Shown piece after piece: positions 51,556-64,000 of a stretch of 64,000 bases of DNA; within the stretch, counting starts at the first letter, position 1, and the number at the start of each line of letters is the position of its first letter. The stretch comes from Pecten maximus (taxonomy: Eukaryota), in the NCBI RefSeq assembly GCF_902652985.1, contig NC_047029.1:12090001-12154000 (forward strand), written 5' to 3'. The notes under the pieces were generated by a model. It saw nothing but the letters and a program-made list of their open reading frames with translations. It was not told the origin of the DNA and did no database searches. Both the position numbers and the translations under genes were made by a program.

Positions 51556-54500
51556 GTGTTTAATTAGCATTTGTTATATATTACTAATTCCTGAAACAGT
51601 ATACATATATGTATCAATCATATATGTTACTTAGTTTCAGCACATGAAACAAGATAATTCGTAAATCGGGTCTGATTTATGATTTTAATAAATTAAAGGA
51701 ATGACTAATATTGTTAATAGTTGAAACGCTATATGTCTGAATTATATTTATTACAATCAGGAGGTTTGGCTTAAACAAACAAAAACTAAACTCAGAAAAT
51801 ATCATATGTAATGTAAAGTCATTATCCATAAAAGAATACTTAAAATCAGTTTTAATGAGCAATTATAACAGTGCTGTCAATTTCCCCGTCAGACACTGTT
51901 TATAACATAGGGGTAACCGGCTGTAGCTACTCCCGATTTCATATGCGTGAGATACTGAAGTCCATGTTACCTTTTGTTTCATTCGTTCTGCATAAGTAAA
52001 ACAGTATTGAACACACAAGTGAACTATGAGATCTGTACTGTTACCAGTCAATGACTGTATACTTACACCATAACCATGTATTCCTATTCCAGCGAGATTT
52101 GATAACGACGGTCATCCAAGTACACCTCTACATTTGGTACACGCATGTTTAACCGAGTTTTCTTCAAAGAAACAAAACAATGACAGCAAGACCGAGATTT
52201 TGGTCATGTTATATTATTAGAATTATATATAATATTTGTTTCTTTATCATATTTTATTATTATAATGATATATATATATATTTGATTTGACATATTATCG
52301 GCTAACAAGGTGTTTTTTTGATTATCTTAATCTCTTTTTTTCATGGACCATAGACATTGAAATCATTTTGGGCGAAATAACAATAGAAAATATTATAAGA
52401 AAATTATTCACGTTAACACAGGTCATAAAGGCCAACAAATGATGGTTTAACCTGGTATTAAAACGCAACAAACATAATGCATTGCATGCATGTCAATAGG
52501 GAATGTTGTTTTAAATGATAAAATTGTACATAAAAGGAAAGTACCAGATACTAAAAAGATTGAAAAGCGTCATCAATACATAAAACGTCAATTACATGTA
52601 AATAAACGTAAATAAAGTTTGCATAGTCTTAGCAATATAACATCTTTCACGTGCAATTTATACAAACATCTTCAATGGAGCCGCCAATTATAAAAAAAAA
52701 AATCCTGACACTTCGCCACAGGCCCCATTGCACTTCTCGAAATCATACAATAAGAATATTAATTGCCTTTCATCACGATTTAATCATTTTCATATCTCCG
52801 TCAAACTCTTCATTATTTTTTCAAAAAAAAAATTCAGGTTGCATAGTAAAAAGTAATGCATTTCTTCAAATGAGCCTCAAGTTTGAAGAGAAACATATCA
52901 TAAATTGTTGGTGGCGCTCTGATAAGCTAATTTCTAATACGATATAGACGTCACTAATTGATGTTGAGCATACAATTATTGTTGAAATAACGGACCACTT
53001 TAGTATGGAATACATATCCAAATGCACATGAATATACAATAAACACAATTCATCTATAACCTTTCAACAATTCATAAAGTTAAGCTTTCCTAGCTTCCTT
53101 GACTCTTCATTCAGCCTGATGCGGCTATCATTCTTCCCCAGAACTTTTACCATTACAAAAAAAGGTAATGAGGTTATTTGTTACCAGAAGAATAAAATAC
53201 AATAAATGAATGTCAATTATCAGCAAACAAGAGAAGTACACGCTAAACGATGTCGATTACAGTGAACTTTTCAGATTTTACCAAAGTACATGCAATGGTA
53301 CACTTCACCCTTTGGAAATAAGGTAACTTGAAAATCTCAAGACGGTACTTTGATGTTTCATAGCTAAAACTAGTAATGCCTTTTGGTAGAAATGCGCGAA
53401 ATACTTGCAAAATACTGTCACGAAACATTTCAGTAAAATCTCTTTCGCATCCTGGAGAAAAGCGATTAGCATTTTTAAAATCCAATTATATATTTCAAAC
53501 TGACTTTTCACAAATAATTTGATAATAATTCACTTAAGGAGAATAGGAGCGAGCTTGGTGGTCAATGATCGCTGTCAATGAGGGAGTTCTGAACTCGTCA
53601 TTACTGGCAGTCTTAATACGGGTAATCTTGCCCTGGGGGTAATTTTAAATCATTCTAATCCTTGCCCGTATTTAACCCGGATACGTCCTCCACAACACGT
53701 CAGATATTATAAAGGAAGGGTTGATATATGTTTGAATTGTGAAGCTTACGTAGACAATTATCAGGAAACAGGGAAACTGCTGTCCGCATTAGAACGTAAC
53801 AGGTTTACTATATATTTTCAGCAATAGTACAAGTCATTTAAGTATAGTCGTTTTATATAAAAAAAAGAACAAATAATATCGCAATAATAATGAAATTATT
53901 TTTCAAACTAAAATTCGATATAACGAGTGCAAAATATCAACACAAATGTAGATTTACATGGAAACACCTGAAAACGCACAAGAAAATCAGGACCAGGTGT
54001 TCGAAAGAGTAAGCGTCTTCTCCTTCATTCACGACACCCGCCATCTAGGTAAAATCACAATCTCAAATGAGAGTAGGGATGGTGACACATTAACGGAACC
54101 ACTTGGCATATTAACAAACATCAAACACGTCTCATTTCATATGAAATCTCGTGTTAAACTCGGGACTTTCCCAAATAGCACCTAATGATCTCCTCATTAA
54201 ACATTAACAGTGACGTCAACTTGATATAACCTAGATTTTAAAGGCAAAATTAGAAGCAGAAGACGTTTGCTCTTCCGGGACATCTGGACTTATCTATCCA
54301 GAATTCTCTACATTTGGTTAATACAATGTCCTCGCTGTATCGGAATACGGTTTTTGTGTAAACGGCAATATTCGCGTGTTGATTTACCAAGGAAAAATAT
54401 TGTTATTGATATATATTAACATACTACAGGTGTATTGACAAACGGGAAAAATCACATGTACTTGACACGTTCAAACATCACCAACCAACACCACAAAAAC

Positions 54501-54626
54501 GTGCTTGGTCTTTAAATAATTATCATGTAAGTTATATTATTAAATAAAAACCACTACGTGAAACATTCATTATTTTGAGTCTCATAGAAAGGCGGCGTAA
54601 ATAGTCCCGAAATTACTGACATTGAA

Positions 54627-54850
54627 TGGGGCCGCGGTGGCCGAGTGGTTAAGGTGTCCCGACACTTTAACACTAGCCCTCCACCTCTGGGTTACGAGTT
54701 CGAAACCTACGTGGGGCAGTTGCCAGGTACTGACTGTAGGCCGGTGGTTTTTCTCCGGGTACTCCGGCTTTCCTCCACCTCCAAAACCTGGCACGTCCTT
54801 AAGTGACCCTGGCTGTTAATAGGACGTTAAACGAAAACAAAACAAACCAA
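54627..54850 (+). mobile_element. SINE family B: full-length tRNA-head V-core SINE
   Basis: A box TGGCCGAGTGG, B box GAGTTCGAAACC, V core GGTTTTTCTCCGGGTACTCCGGCTTTCCTCCAC, and the shared tail. TSD ACTGACATTGAA at 54615-54626 and 54851-54862. Confidence 0.95.
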
Positions 54851-57789
54851 ACTGACATTGAAGAATACGCCATCAATTATCGGTTAAACAGTCCTAGTAT
54901 AAGCTTCATATTCAAAGAGACTGTGTGAATGCGTACTTAACACTGTATTTTATAGATAAGAGATTTTTAACGATCAACTGTTCCCACCGATCGATGTGAT
55001 GTTTGACAATGTAATATGCCAATACTAAAGCAAGGTCAAATTGGCGCCATCTTGTACTGGCCGAGGTCAGGTATACTGTGTTTTTCTAACCTTTAGTAAG
55101 CTATGGTCGTTCGCTAACGATACCAGTATAATATGGAGACGCGAGTTATAGTCAAAATGTCACTGATCACGACAAACACATACATCAAACACTGACATTG
55201 GCTTAAATCATCTGAAAAGCTTGAACCTGAATTTGTACGCTATTGAATATAAAGTTTAAACAAGAGTTGCTCTCAAATCGTTATTTTTAAGATAAAATAA
55301 TTATTCAAGCATATTCAGATAAAGTTATATTGTGTACATTGTATGGGGAAAATAACAGAATTACGGATGTACCGCTTCGCTTATCTGGTGTTAAGCAAAG
55401 TTTCTTTAAAGACTAAAGTGCTCACTTAGCCGCACTTAACTTTCAGTGCGATGCGAGGTCTGTCGGTGGACGCCGGGGTTTGTCACTACCATAAATGCAT
55501 GATTAATTCTTACGAAACAGTGGCTACAGTTCAGAATAAGCATTTTGTGATTAAATGTTCAGACTTTCCAGACCTTTTTTCAACTTTATGCCTACGCTAT
55601 ACGTAATCAGATATAAGAGATGCAGAAGCGGTATCGAATATCTACGTGCAATTAAACTATCATATAATATAACGAGTTTTTCAAACAGTTCGTTTGATAC
55701 GAGGCATTTTTAGAGTTTTACCTTTAAAAATTTAGTAGGAAATTTGATGTGTTTTTCTTTCTGTTGACGTCCCTCTAATCTCGTGTGGTTTGGCCCTTAG
55801 TGACTCAAATTGTCGATTGGCCGTAAAACAATTCAATCAGAGTATACGAATCCAAAGTGTTTTCATCCCATCTATTATTTCACATTTGTTTAATGTGGCT
55901 GATTTTCTTTGATCACTGATATCACTATTTAACAGAGCAATCCTCAAACGTGCCTTTTACCAATCATATCACTAACATTCTGACGCTAAGATGAATCGGG
56001 GTATCGACAATACGCAGAAACTACAATAAGCTTGATGGAATTCTTTCAAAGCGAAAAAAAAAAATGTTAAAACACAATTAACACTAATTAATATTTAGTT
56101 TTACAGTACATAACTCTGTGTACATAATTCACCTAAATAGGTACCTATACGCCAGTGTAGGTAGAAGGGTGTAATTAATATAATGTTGTTATTGCTCTCG
56201 GTGCATGAGCGTTAGAGGCGTCGAATTTTCGGATTTCATCTTATCTTAACTTTTTTCCCTCTATGTTTTGGGACAAGGCCTATTCCTGCTTAACGCTAAC
56301 CATATCAGGAGAAAGACTCAGTCTGCATAATGTTGATAGGACATTAAACAATGCAAAACCAAAGCCAATCTAGCCCTTATAGCGTAATCTATGGCCGAGC
56401 GTGTCCTCGAACAATTACAAGGCGACTTGCAGTATATTATTCCCCCAGACCTTACGGCAGTTAAACCCCGCGGTCTCTTGCTTGTCCATAACGACATTTT
56501 GTTTTACTTATACCTTAATATATACAGTAACTCAACGTGGAATGTATTTCATTGTAATTTTACCATGACTTATATGGCGAACTTGAGAGTCTGATGACTG
56601 CGAATTACTCCATTAAATACATTTGCAGACTACTTATAAGCCAAAATTCATAGCAGTCATGAATGTGACTCCTAGTTCACATGCACGAATTTCCTCCCAT
56701 TTTTTCAGAAACGAGAGAATCGGTTAACATCCAGTAAAGTATTTTCAAATTGTTGTGGAATTTATAGACACGAAAATATGTTCATGCTTAGCCAGACAGA
56801 ATGCTGTATAAATAAGATAAACGTTGTCTATTAGCGTACTGCTTACATCAAGTATTCATGTACGTCACTATAAAACAATGGTATCCAAGTCATGCTGCTA
56901 TGTCAGTATGACAACTGCTGGCTGCTTCCGGCTGTCGCATCAAGTCCCAAGGCTAATCTAGAATCGCAACTTGCTTGATAATGAAAAAATATTCAAAGAC
57001 AATCGGATTCAAACTAGGAATGCCAGTTCAAGGAGAATACCATTTGCAAAATGAATGCATGACATTTTATTTCCAGTTCTTAAACACTATCGTTAACGAT
57101 CATGACTTTAAAAGGTGCTCTAGTTTAACGGGTGTTGTGTTGTGGCGCAAGAACTATTCATATCAACCACATGAGAAGATGGCTAATCATCATAAAAAGC
57201 CGCGAGCAGATATATGCTTGGACATTCATCTTCAATCATACTACAAATTCTGTAATTACAACGTATCCACTACTCTCAATAATATTGTATTTTGCGGCTA
57301 TGACACGTGACAGGGAGAAATGTATGACCGGAAATAGAAAAAGTAGAATAACTGAGAGACAACCAACATTAGAAAGATACGCTCTCAAAACAGAAACACG
57401 GCCTTCTATTTTAAAGTACAGAGTGTAATAGAAATAATAAATAAATGAAATTCATAGTAAACGAACCCTTGCGAGGAAATGAGCGTACATGCATATAACG
57501 ATAAACTACATGTTAATTCATATGTATATAAAGTTTATACAGTGCCCCATATGCCCAAATCATTGGTGTTAATAGTTTTTCCATCCTAGTACATGTATAT
57601 TCATTTAGTGATCAGCAATATTGCCTAAATGGCAGAGAACATGCGTGTCGTTGACTTCTGGTGAAAGATACTACTTATCTGTCTTTGTGCTAAAACGAAA
57701 ACTGTTTTTTATTGTTGTTGGTTTTTTTTTTGGTACAAATTTGGATTTGTAAATAAAAAGGATCACTGTAGACTATGTCCAAGCAAGGT

Positions 57790-58160
57790 CATAAAACAAT
57801 GACAATGGATGAACCAGTCAATGTCAAGATCACAATATACTGATAACGGACAAACAAATCGATATCCACATCAGATAACACATTAATGACAACGGATAAA
57901 CCAGTCTATATCCACACCAGTTCACAATATAATGACAACGGATAAACCAGTCTATATCCACACCAGTTCACAATATAATGACAACGGATAAACCAGTCTA
58001 TATCCACACCAGTTCACAATATACTGACAACGGACAAACCAGTCGATGTCCACATCAGGTATCAAATAAAGGACAAAAAATTCGATATGTACGCCAGATA
58101 ACAATATGACAACGGATGGATCAGTCAATATCCAGGGTAGGTCACAATATAACAACGAAC
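57790..58160. repeat. 46-bp minisatellite derived from the family A SINE core
   Basis: Unit starts at 57885, 57931, 57977 and 58023, plus degenerate flanking units. The unit ccagttcacaatatactgacaacggacaaaccagtc resembles the SINE sequence ccggtcacattatactgacaacgg.caaaccagtc. Confidence 0.8.
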
Positions 58161-58289
58161 GAACGGGCAGGGGAAATAACCTATAACCTTCCTCGTGCCA
58201 TCCTCTGAATAGGAATAGACGTTACTCTCTCTGATACCATATAGCGTGGCATCAACTGTTTTATCACACGGAGACAAAACCCATACACT

Positions 58290-58384
58290 CATTACATGTA
58301 TGCATCACGCACACATGGAAGGCCGTCCTTAAATGACCACAGCCGTTGATACTGTCGGACGTGAAATAATACCAAACCAAACCA
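58290..58384 (+). mobile_element. SINE family A tail fragment
   Basis: ggaaggccgtccttaaatgacc...ggacgtgaaataataccaaaccaaacc. Confidence 0.7.
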
Positions 58385-58566
58385 GTCACTATTGTCTGCC
58401 TATGTGTACGTTGTATATGTAGGAAAGGGGCTACGTTCTCTCCGATAGGTCCCCATCACCAACCCTGTAGTTGTTGAAGAGACCGCTCTTTATCCCCCTG
58501 CTTTCGTTTCTGATTTGTATGTCGCCATACGATTTGTTTGAGAGAAGTAGGCATTGCAGTCTGTAC

Positions 58567-58797
58567 TTTTGGTTTGTTTGGTTTGTTTTTGTTTAACGTC
58601 CTATTAACAGTCAGCAGGGTCATTTAAGGACGTGGCAGGTTTTGGAGGTGGAGAAAAGCCGGAGTACCCGGAGAAAAACCACCGGCCTACGGTCAGTACC
58701 TGGCAACTGCCCCACGTAGATTCGACATCGCATACCAGAGGTGGAGGGCTAGTGATAAAGTGTCGGGACACCTTAACCACTCGGCCACCGCGGCCCC
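58567..58797 (-). mobile_element. SINE family B: full-length V-core SINE
   Basis: Reverse complement of the 54627 copy. TSD TTGCAGTCTGTAC at 58554-58566 and 58798-58810. Confidence 0.95.
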
Positions 58798-59780
58798 TTG
58801 CAGTCTGTACATTAGACTAAATACGCTAAAAAATCTACGAATTAGACACTGTGCACTGGCAATGTATAAGAACACAGTATATCTATGGAAACTACGTGGA
58901 ATATCAAGGTCTGAAAGTTGCAATGACAAAGTAATATACGTACGTCATTTCATTATAATTAAATTTGAAATCATCACCTTCAGTGTCAATATAATTGCCG
59001 AACCCTGTCGCCGATCCGAATCTCTAGGCGACCTTGTCTCGTAAATTGAATTTTATTGCAATTACATTGCCTACGTTTACAGAATCACTACACTCTGCCT
59101 GCATTTCATTTTATTAATATAACTATCTGAGCTGGGAAATTAGCTCTCAATTAAGGTTAGCGTGTTAATATATGATTTCCCAACATTCATTAAAGCTTAC
59201 AATATTTAAATGTCATTGCAGACCACATCAACCTTTCCTGAGGGTATTTACCATAAGTTACCTTAACGAAGCGTTACATTTGTCCAACATGCTTTTACAA
59301 TTACAAAACAAACTCTGCATCATTGATTATACAGCATGGCTTATAGTATACATTGCATAAGAAAGTCACACAATAAGTTATGTTCTAGTCCCCTGTGCTT
59401 TACATGTGACAAATTAGTCTGACTACTTATGGATTACTTATGTACATCATCATAACAACCAGTCAAAACCAGTGAGACAAAATAAACGTCAATAATTGTA
59501 AAGTCTTCATTTCGCTGAACTATATTAATGTAGACCACAAACGTAAAATTTCAAGAGAAATTCGAAATGGCTGAGCACTGAACTAGCAATTTGATTTGTT
59601 CAAAGATCCCTAACTTTGGAGATAATTGTCCTCATATATGTTTGTATGCTGGGATATTAATTGTCTCTCGCGAACTTTCATTAAAGCAACATTTGGGAGT
59701 CGTCTGTAACATTACGAATTTCCATAAGAAGACCATTTCGTAGACTGTATACTTTCTTTTCTGATTCGTAATGCATTCGA

Positions 59781-59886
59781 CAGGATTAAGCCAAATCTAA
59801 TCAAAATCTAGATCCTCACTCTTACTCCGTTCATGTTACGGATTGCGAATTAAGATCTAGATTTCAATTAGATTGGATTGAGCCTG
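59781..59886. repeat. Imperfect hairpin of about 105 bp
   Basis: cagg....aatctaatcaaaatctagatc...tccgt/acgga...gatctagatttcaattagatt....cctg. Confidence 0.65.
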
Positions 59887-62800
59887 ACATTTCATTGTTG
59901 GTATATTCATCTAATGCAACTCAATGTAAGCATACAATTTGTCTTTGCAGCAACTTTAATTCAGACGATTTTACCTACTACGGTTTAAAGATTGATAAAA
60001 TGACATTCACATACTCTCGTATAGCATTGGCGTAATTGATTGAAATGTTACCTTACTTTAACATATATATCAACTTAACGTCGGGGTCGGTTGTAAAAAG
60101 GATTTTAAGTTTGTTTTCGTTCGCGACAGTGTCACTGTTAATGACCTATTTCCTACATATTTCTATATGTTTATGGCAATGTCTTTTTATCATGTTTAAC
60201 GTTTGCTGCTAAAAGGATTTTATGATACAGACAGTAAGTTTCGGTTTCAAGACATTGTTTTTATTAAACTAAATATGCAGTATACCCGACGCAATATAAA
60301 AGCATAGGCTTTGATGGTATACACTAGCAAGCTTGTCTTTTTGGAGAAGGGAACGTGAATGATGTAAGTAGTCCTATATTACCCACTCAAATAACAGCAA
60401 GGTTGCATTGCTTCTTGTGTGATGCAATGCAGGACGCCATCGCTCTCAACTAATATCCACAAGAACACATTGCTCATCAACCGGAAAATGCATCGCTTCT
60501 TGCGTATGCCAAAAAATGTAACTTTGCTCTTTGAATAATGACAGAAACATCAGATATATTTAAATGCATTTATAATTATGATCCCTGGTACAATTTTGAG
60601 ATGTTAAGCAATCACTGAGCCATGCTTAATCCCGAAATGTTTATATTATCATTACTCAAGAAGAACAGAAGAAATATACATGTTTCAGATATGCTGATAA
60701 TTTTGTTTATTGAAAAACGAAGTTTAGCCTTCCCCTCACAAGCATAGCGGTTTTCCATGGAAAACTCCAGGACGAGGTCTTTTCTTAAGGGTCATGTAAC
60801 CCAAGTTGGATACAAGCTTTTGGTTTATTCGACAGGTGTGAATATCATGAGACAAGAGGTTTCTGGTTTGGTGGCAACCCCAGAAGTATTGTAATCCAAT
60901 TCTCCCTGTAACATGAGTATACCTCATAAATCCATTTGTCTAAAGTGTATGTTACCCAGTTAAATTAGTATGCATTGGAATTGCCCAGTTTGGATATCGT
61001 ATATTTAGATATAGCAAATATTAGGTCCTTAATATAGCACTTTGTATGCTACCAGTGGTATTTATTGGTATGCATAAAACTGTCTAATGCTACATTACTA
61101 TCATTGTGTAAGTAATAATACGGTCGGTAAAACTTATATACATACCGTAAACTCAATACCCCATACACCAATAAAATAGCAAAGACAATTCCGAATGTTT
61201 AGAAATTAACTTCTTTAAATTTCTGTAAATAGATAGATTTCCTGTGTAACAGCTATTAAATGTACGGTGTATATTTACACCGGGGAGTGATTGCTGTCAA
61301 AAGATTGTAAATCCTATGAATCGGGGTTTTGTCGACTTTATGCATAGGTGTCTAATCTACATCTGATGTATCTTAAATTTAAATGTTTAATGACATAAAA
61401 CACTTACTAAAACCAATCCACACAATAGTATGTCTTAGACATCAAAGTAGTCACGAATTCTAAATGAGGTTGACGCACAATTTATATAACTTAAAATCTA
61501 TAATTTCAACCGACCGAAGGGTACAGAAGATGGAAGTGAAAGATCCCGTATAATACTTTAACTAATAAGTTATAAAGTAAGGCAATAGAATGGATAGTAT
61601 AAACGCTCTCGTTTCATCCGTTTATGACCACATTTAATCTCGGTGCAGACATAGATTTGCATTACATCATGTCAAACAAGCGCCACATTGCATAAAAGTG
61701 AAGTGTTTGTCAACTAAAGAAATCCAAAAATGCTTTCAAATATCAGTATCTTATATATACCAACTCGACGCATACTCTATACAATAACATAAAGTTAAAA
61801 TACTCTCCGCTTGTCTTGTGTACAATAATTAGTGCTTCGTATGAATGAGCATTCACACTTTGGGGGGGGGGGGGGGGGGTGAATACTGTCTAATTCACCT
61901 CGCTAAAACAGCATATTTTAGTTAGTATGCGACGGAAATATAATTTCATTTATATTATCTTATATGTTAAAGTGTATTATTTTCCAGTTATATTTTCCTC
62001 TTCTACTTGTCACACATTTCTATGTGCATTTATAGACCGAAAGCTGGACAGAATATACTTGATTCATTGCATTACGTCGCTATGGAAATGGGTAGTTCTC
62101 GAGCTTGGTGTACGCGGTAGGGTTACTGATTAAGGTAGTGAGAGGATGATAAAATGTCTATAGGAATTTCCATAGAATTAGTGGCCGGGTTAGGAACCAC
62201 GTCAGAAAATTAATTAAACTACATTCCCAGAAGTCCTGCGAATCGATGAAATACATTTTAGATGATATTAGAGCCAGGGTCTCTAATACCTTTTATGCCA
62301 TAAATTGATTGAATAAACTGAACTCCACAGTCTTAGATAAGGAATAATACAATCCGACAAAAATTATCTCGGTAGATTATTGATTGAATATAAAAATTGG
62401 AAATCATGTTCCAGAATGATCAGGAAATTCTTAAACGTTGCATTTGCTGGTGATGCAATTTATTTTCAATCTCGCGTGCTTTTAAAACGGTGCGGTGAAA
62501 TGAATACATTTCGTGGATATACATTGTCCCTACGCACGAACAGGAATTAGTTCGTCACTGGGAACAATAAAGATATTGCGGCAAACTTAATTTTGAATTG
62601 ATACTCTCGTTATATCGAACAAAAGATCAATTAAAAATGTTCACTGAAAATTCCGCTGGATATCACGAAATACATAGGTAAAAAATGTCTTAGTTATAGG
62701 GAATAGAGAAAGATTGGCGGAACAGATGGACTAGTCTGCGATAGTTCGACGGAAATCTATTGAATCCAATTAGAAGGACGGCACGTTGAAGGTTGCCGCC

Positions 62801-63140
62801 ATGTTTCAGATGAAATATGTTTAACCATAAGCGTCAGTGTATCAATCTTCTATCCCAGCATACTAAGGTCATCGATATACACCAACTCGTTGCACTTTGT
62901 TGTAGATACAGGTGAAACATAACATGTGAAATAAGAAAGGGTTGTCAAAGCAGCAGGTTTATATTAAACATACAGTTGTTGACATTTTCTTGGCTATATG
63001 TCATCTTTTCTTACGATAGGGAAGTGTTAGCGATAATCACTCATTCAGACAGAGATATCAATTCATACAACACAGCTTCCAAGTAGAATGAAAAATATAT
63101 CACTCTTGACTAATAGTTGTCTTCCTAATGGAGCATAACG

Positions 63141-63560
63141 AAACAAAGAGGCTCAATGGGCCTGCAATGATCAACTGGTATTCATTTCGTTGATGATTCT
63201 TTATCACTTAGTAGGCATTCATTCCAAAATTCCATCAGCAAAATATCCTGAGTTTATACCTTTAAGGTTATTAAAGAATTTGCTTGAATTTAATATCAAA
63301 ACCTCAGACTATCAATATGGTTCAAACTTCAACGTGAACTCAGATGGGCTCCATACCAGGAAACTACCAGCGAAATATCTTGATTTCAGGGCTTTCGAAA
63401 AATGCCATTTGAATGTTTTTTTGGTAAAATGACCCCTGTGAGCTTTTATATAGATCAAGTTCAGTTTTGTTTTGTAAACTTTTTCCAACATCATCCTTGG
63501 TTCAATGCCTTTAAAGTAATAACAAGAAATATCTTTAAAAAGATAAACGGCATAGTTTTA
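63141..63560. mobile_element. Decayed pearl/HINE-type (Helentron-associated) repeat remnants
   Basis: A terminus-like aaacaaagaggctcaatgggcc at 63141 and aacaagaaatatctttaaaaagata at about 63521. Recognised from recall of bivalve HINE ends only. Confidence 0.35.
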
Positions 63561-64000
63561 ATGCTGGTGGTTATAATGTAAAACTACTGGTGAAATAAAT
63601 TAACGAACTACGATGTAATTAATAAATGCACCTTTTCAGCACGGATAACAAAATTATATCAGTTTGAATCATTTTTGGTGATAATAAGACTACAAATGTG
63701 TCATTTGAATAGATGCATCCACCTATTCAGCTTGCATTCAATTTAAAAGGGACATCACGGTAAAAAACGTTGCAATTTTCACTGAATGTACGCGTTTTGT
63801 TCCTTTCCAGTTATGTTTCTGTGCTGTTCCAATGTTCACAGTCAATCCCTATGTCCAGCTTGACCACTCGATTTAGTTGGGAATCCCCCTCTAAATTCAG
63901 CGCGGAAATTATTTTTAGATCATTACGTGACTGTTTTGAAATCGTGGCAACACAAACACACGATAGTTTACAAGGCGATATCTATATTCCATCTGGGTTA

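Noticed and set aside
51452-51634. (SINETIV)n repeat protein
   Set aside because: It is the translation of a 21-bp AT-rich minisatellite with no gene context.
54628-54715. Possible functional tRNA gene (also 58715-58797)
   Set aside because: It has A/B boxes but continues into a V core and LINE-like tail with a TSD, so it is a SINE head.
56585-56615. CTGATGA hammerhead-like core (also CTGACGA at about 45742)
   Set aside because: No matching GAAA and no stem III with a cleavage triplet could be formed.

Overview
AT-rich eukaryotic genomic DNA, not prokaryotic. It is most likely a bivalve mollusc (scallop-like), inferred from V-core and Meta-like-core tRNA-derived SINEs and pearl/HINE-type repeats. 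The only recognisable host gene is a single coding exon for a heparan sulfate 3-O-sulfotransferase (HS3ST-like, 41022..42002, minus strand). It has a 5'-UTR splice acceptor and unusual substitutions at catalytic and acceptor-binding positions. The rest is a layered transposon landscape. It includes a 4.9-kb decayed L1/Tx1-type LINE with a perfect 15-bp TSD, inserted inside an old SINE, and a CR1-type RT fossil split by a fold-back MITE. There are also Tc1 and Penelope fossils, several palindromic non-autonomous DNA elements, and about 20 copies of three short retroelement families sharing one 3' tail. Two minisatellites arose from inside those short elements. Most of the short ORFs in the supplied track are spurious. 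All family assignments come from motifs recognised by eye; no database search was run.
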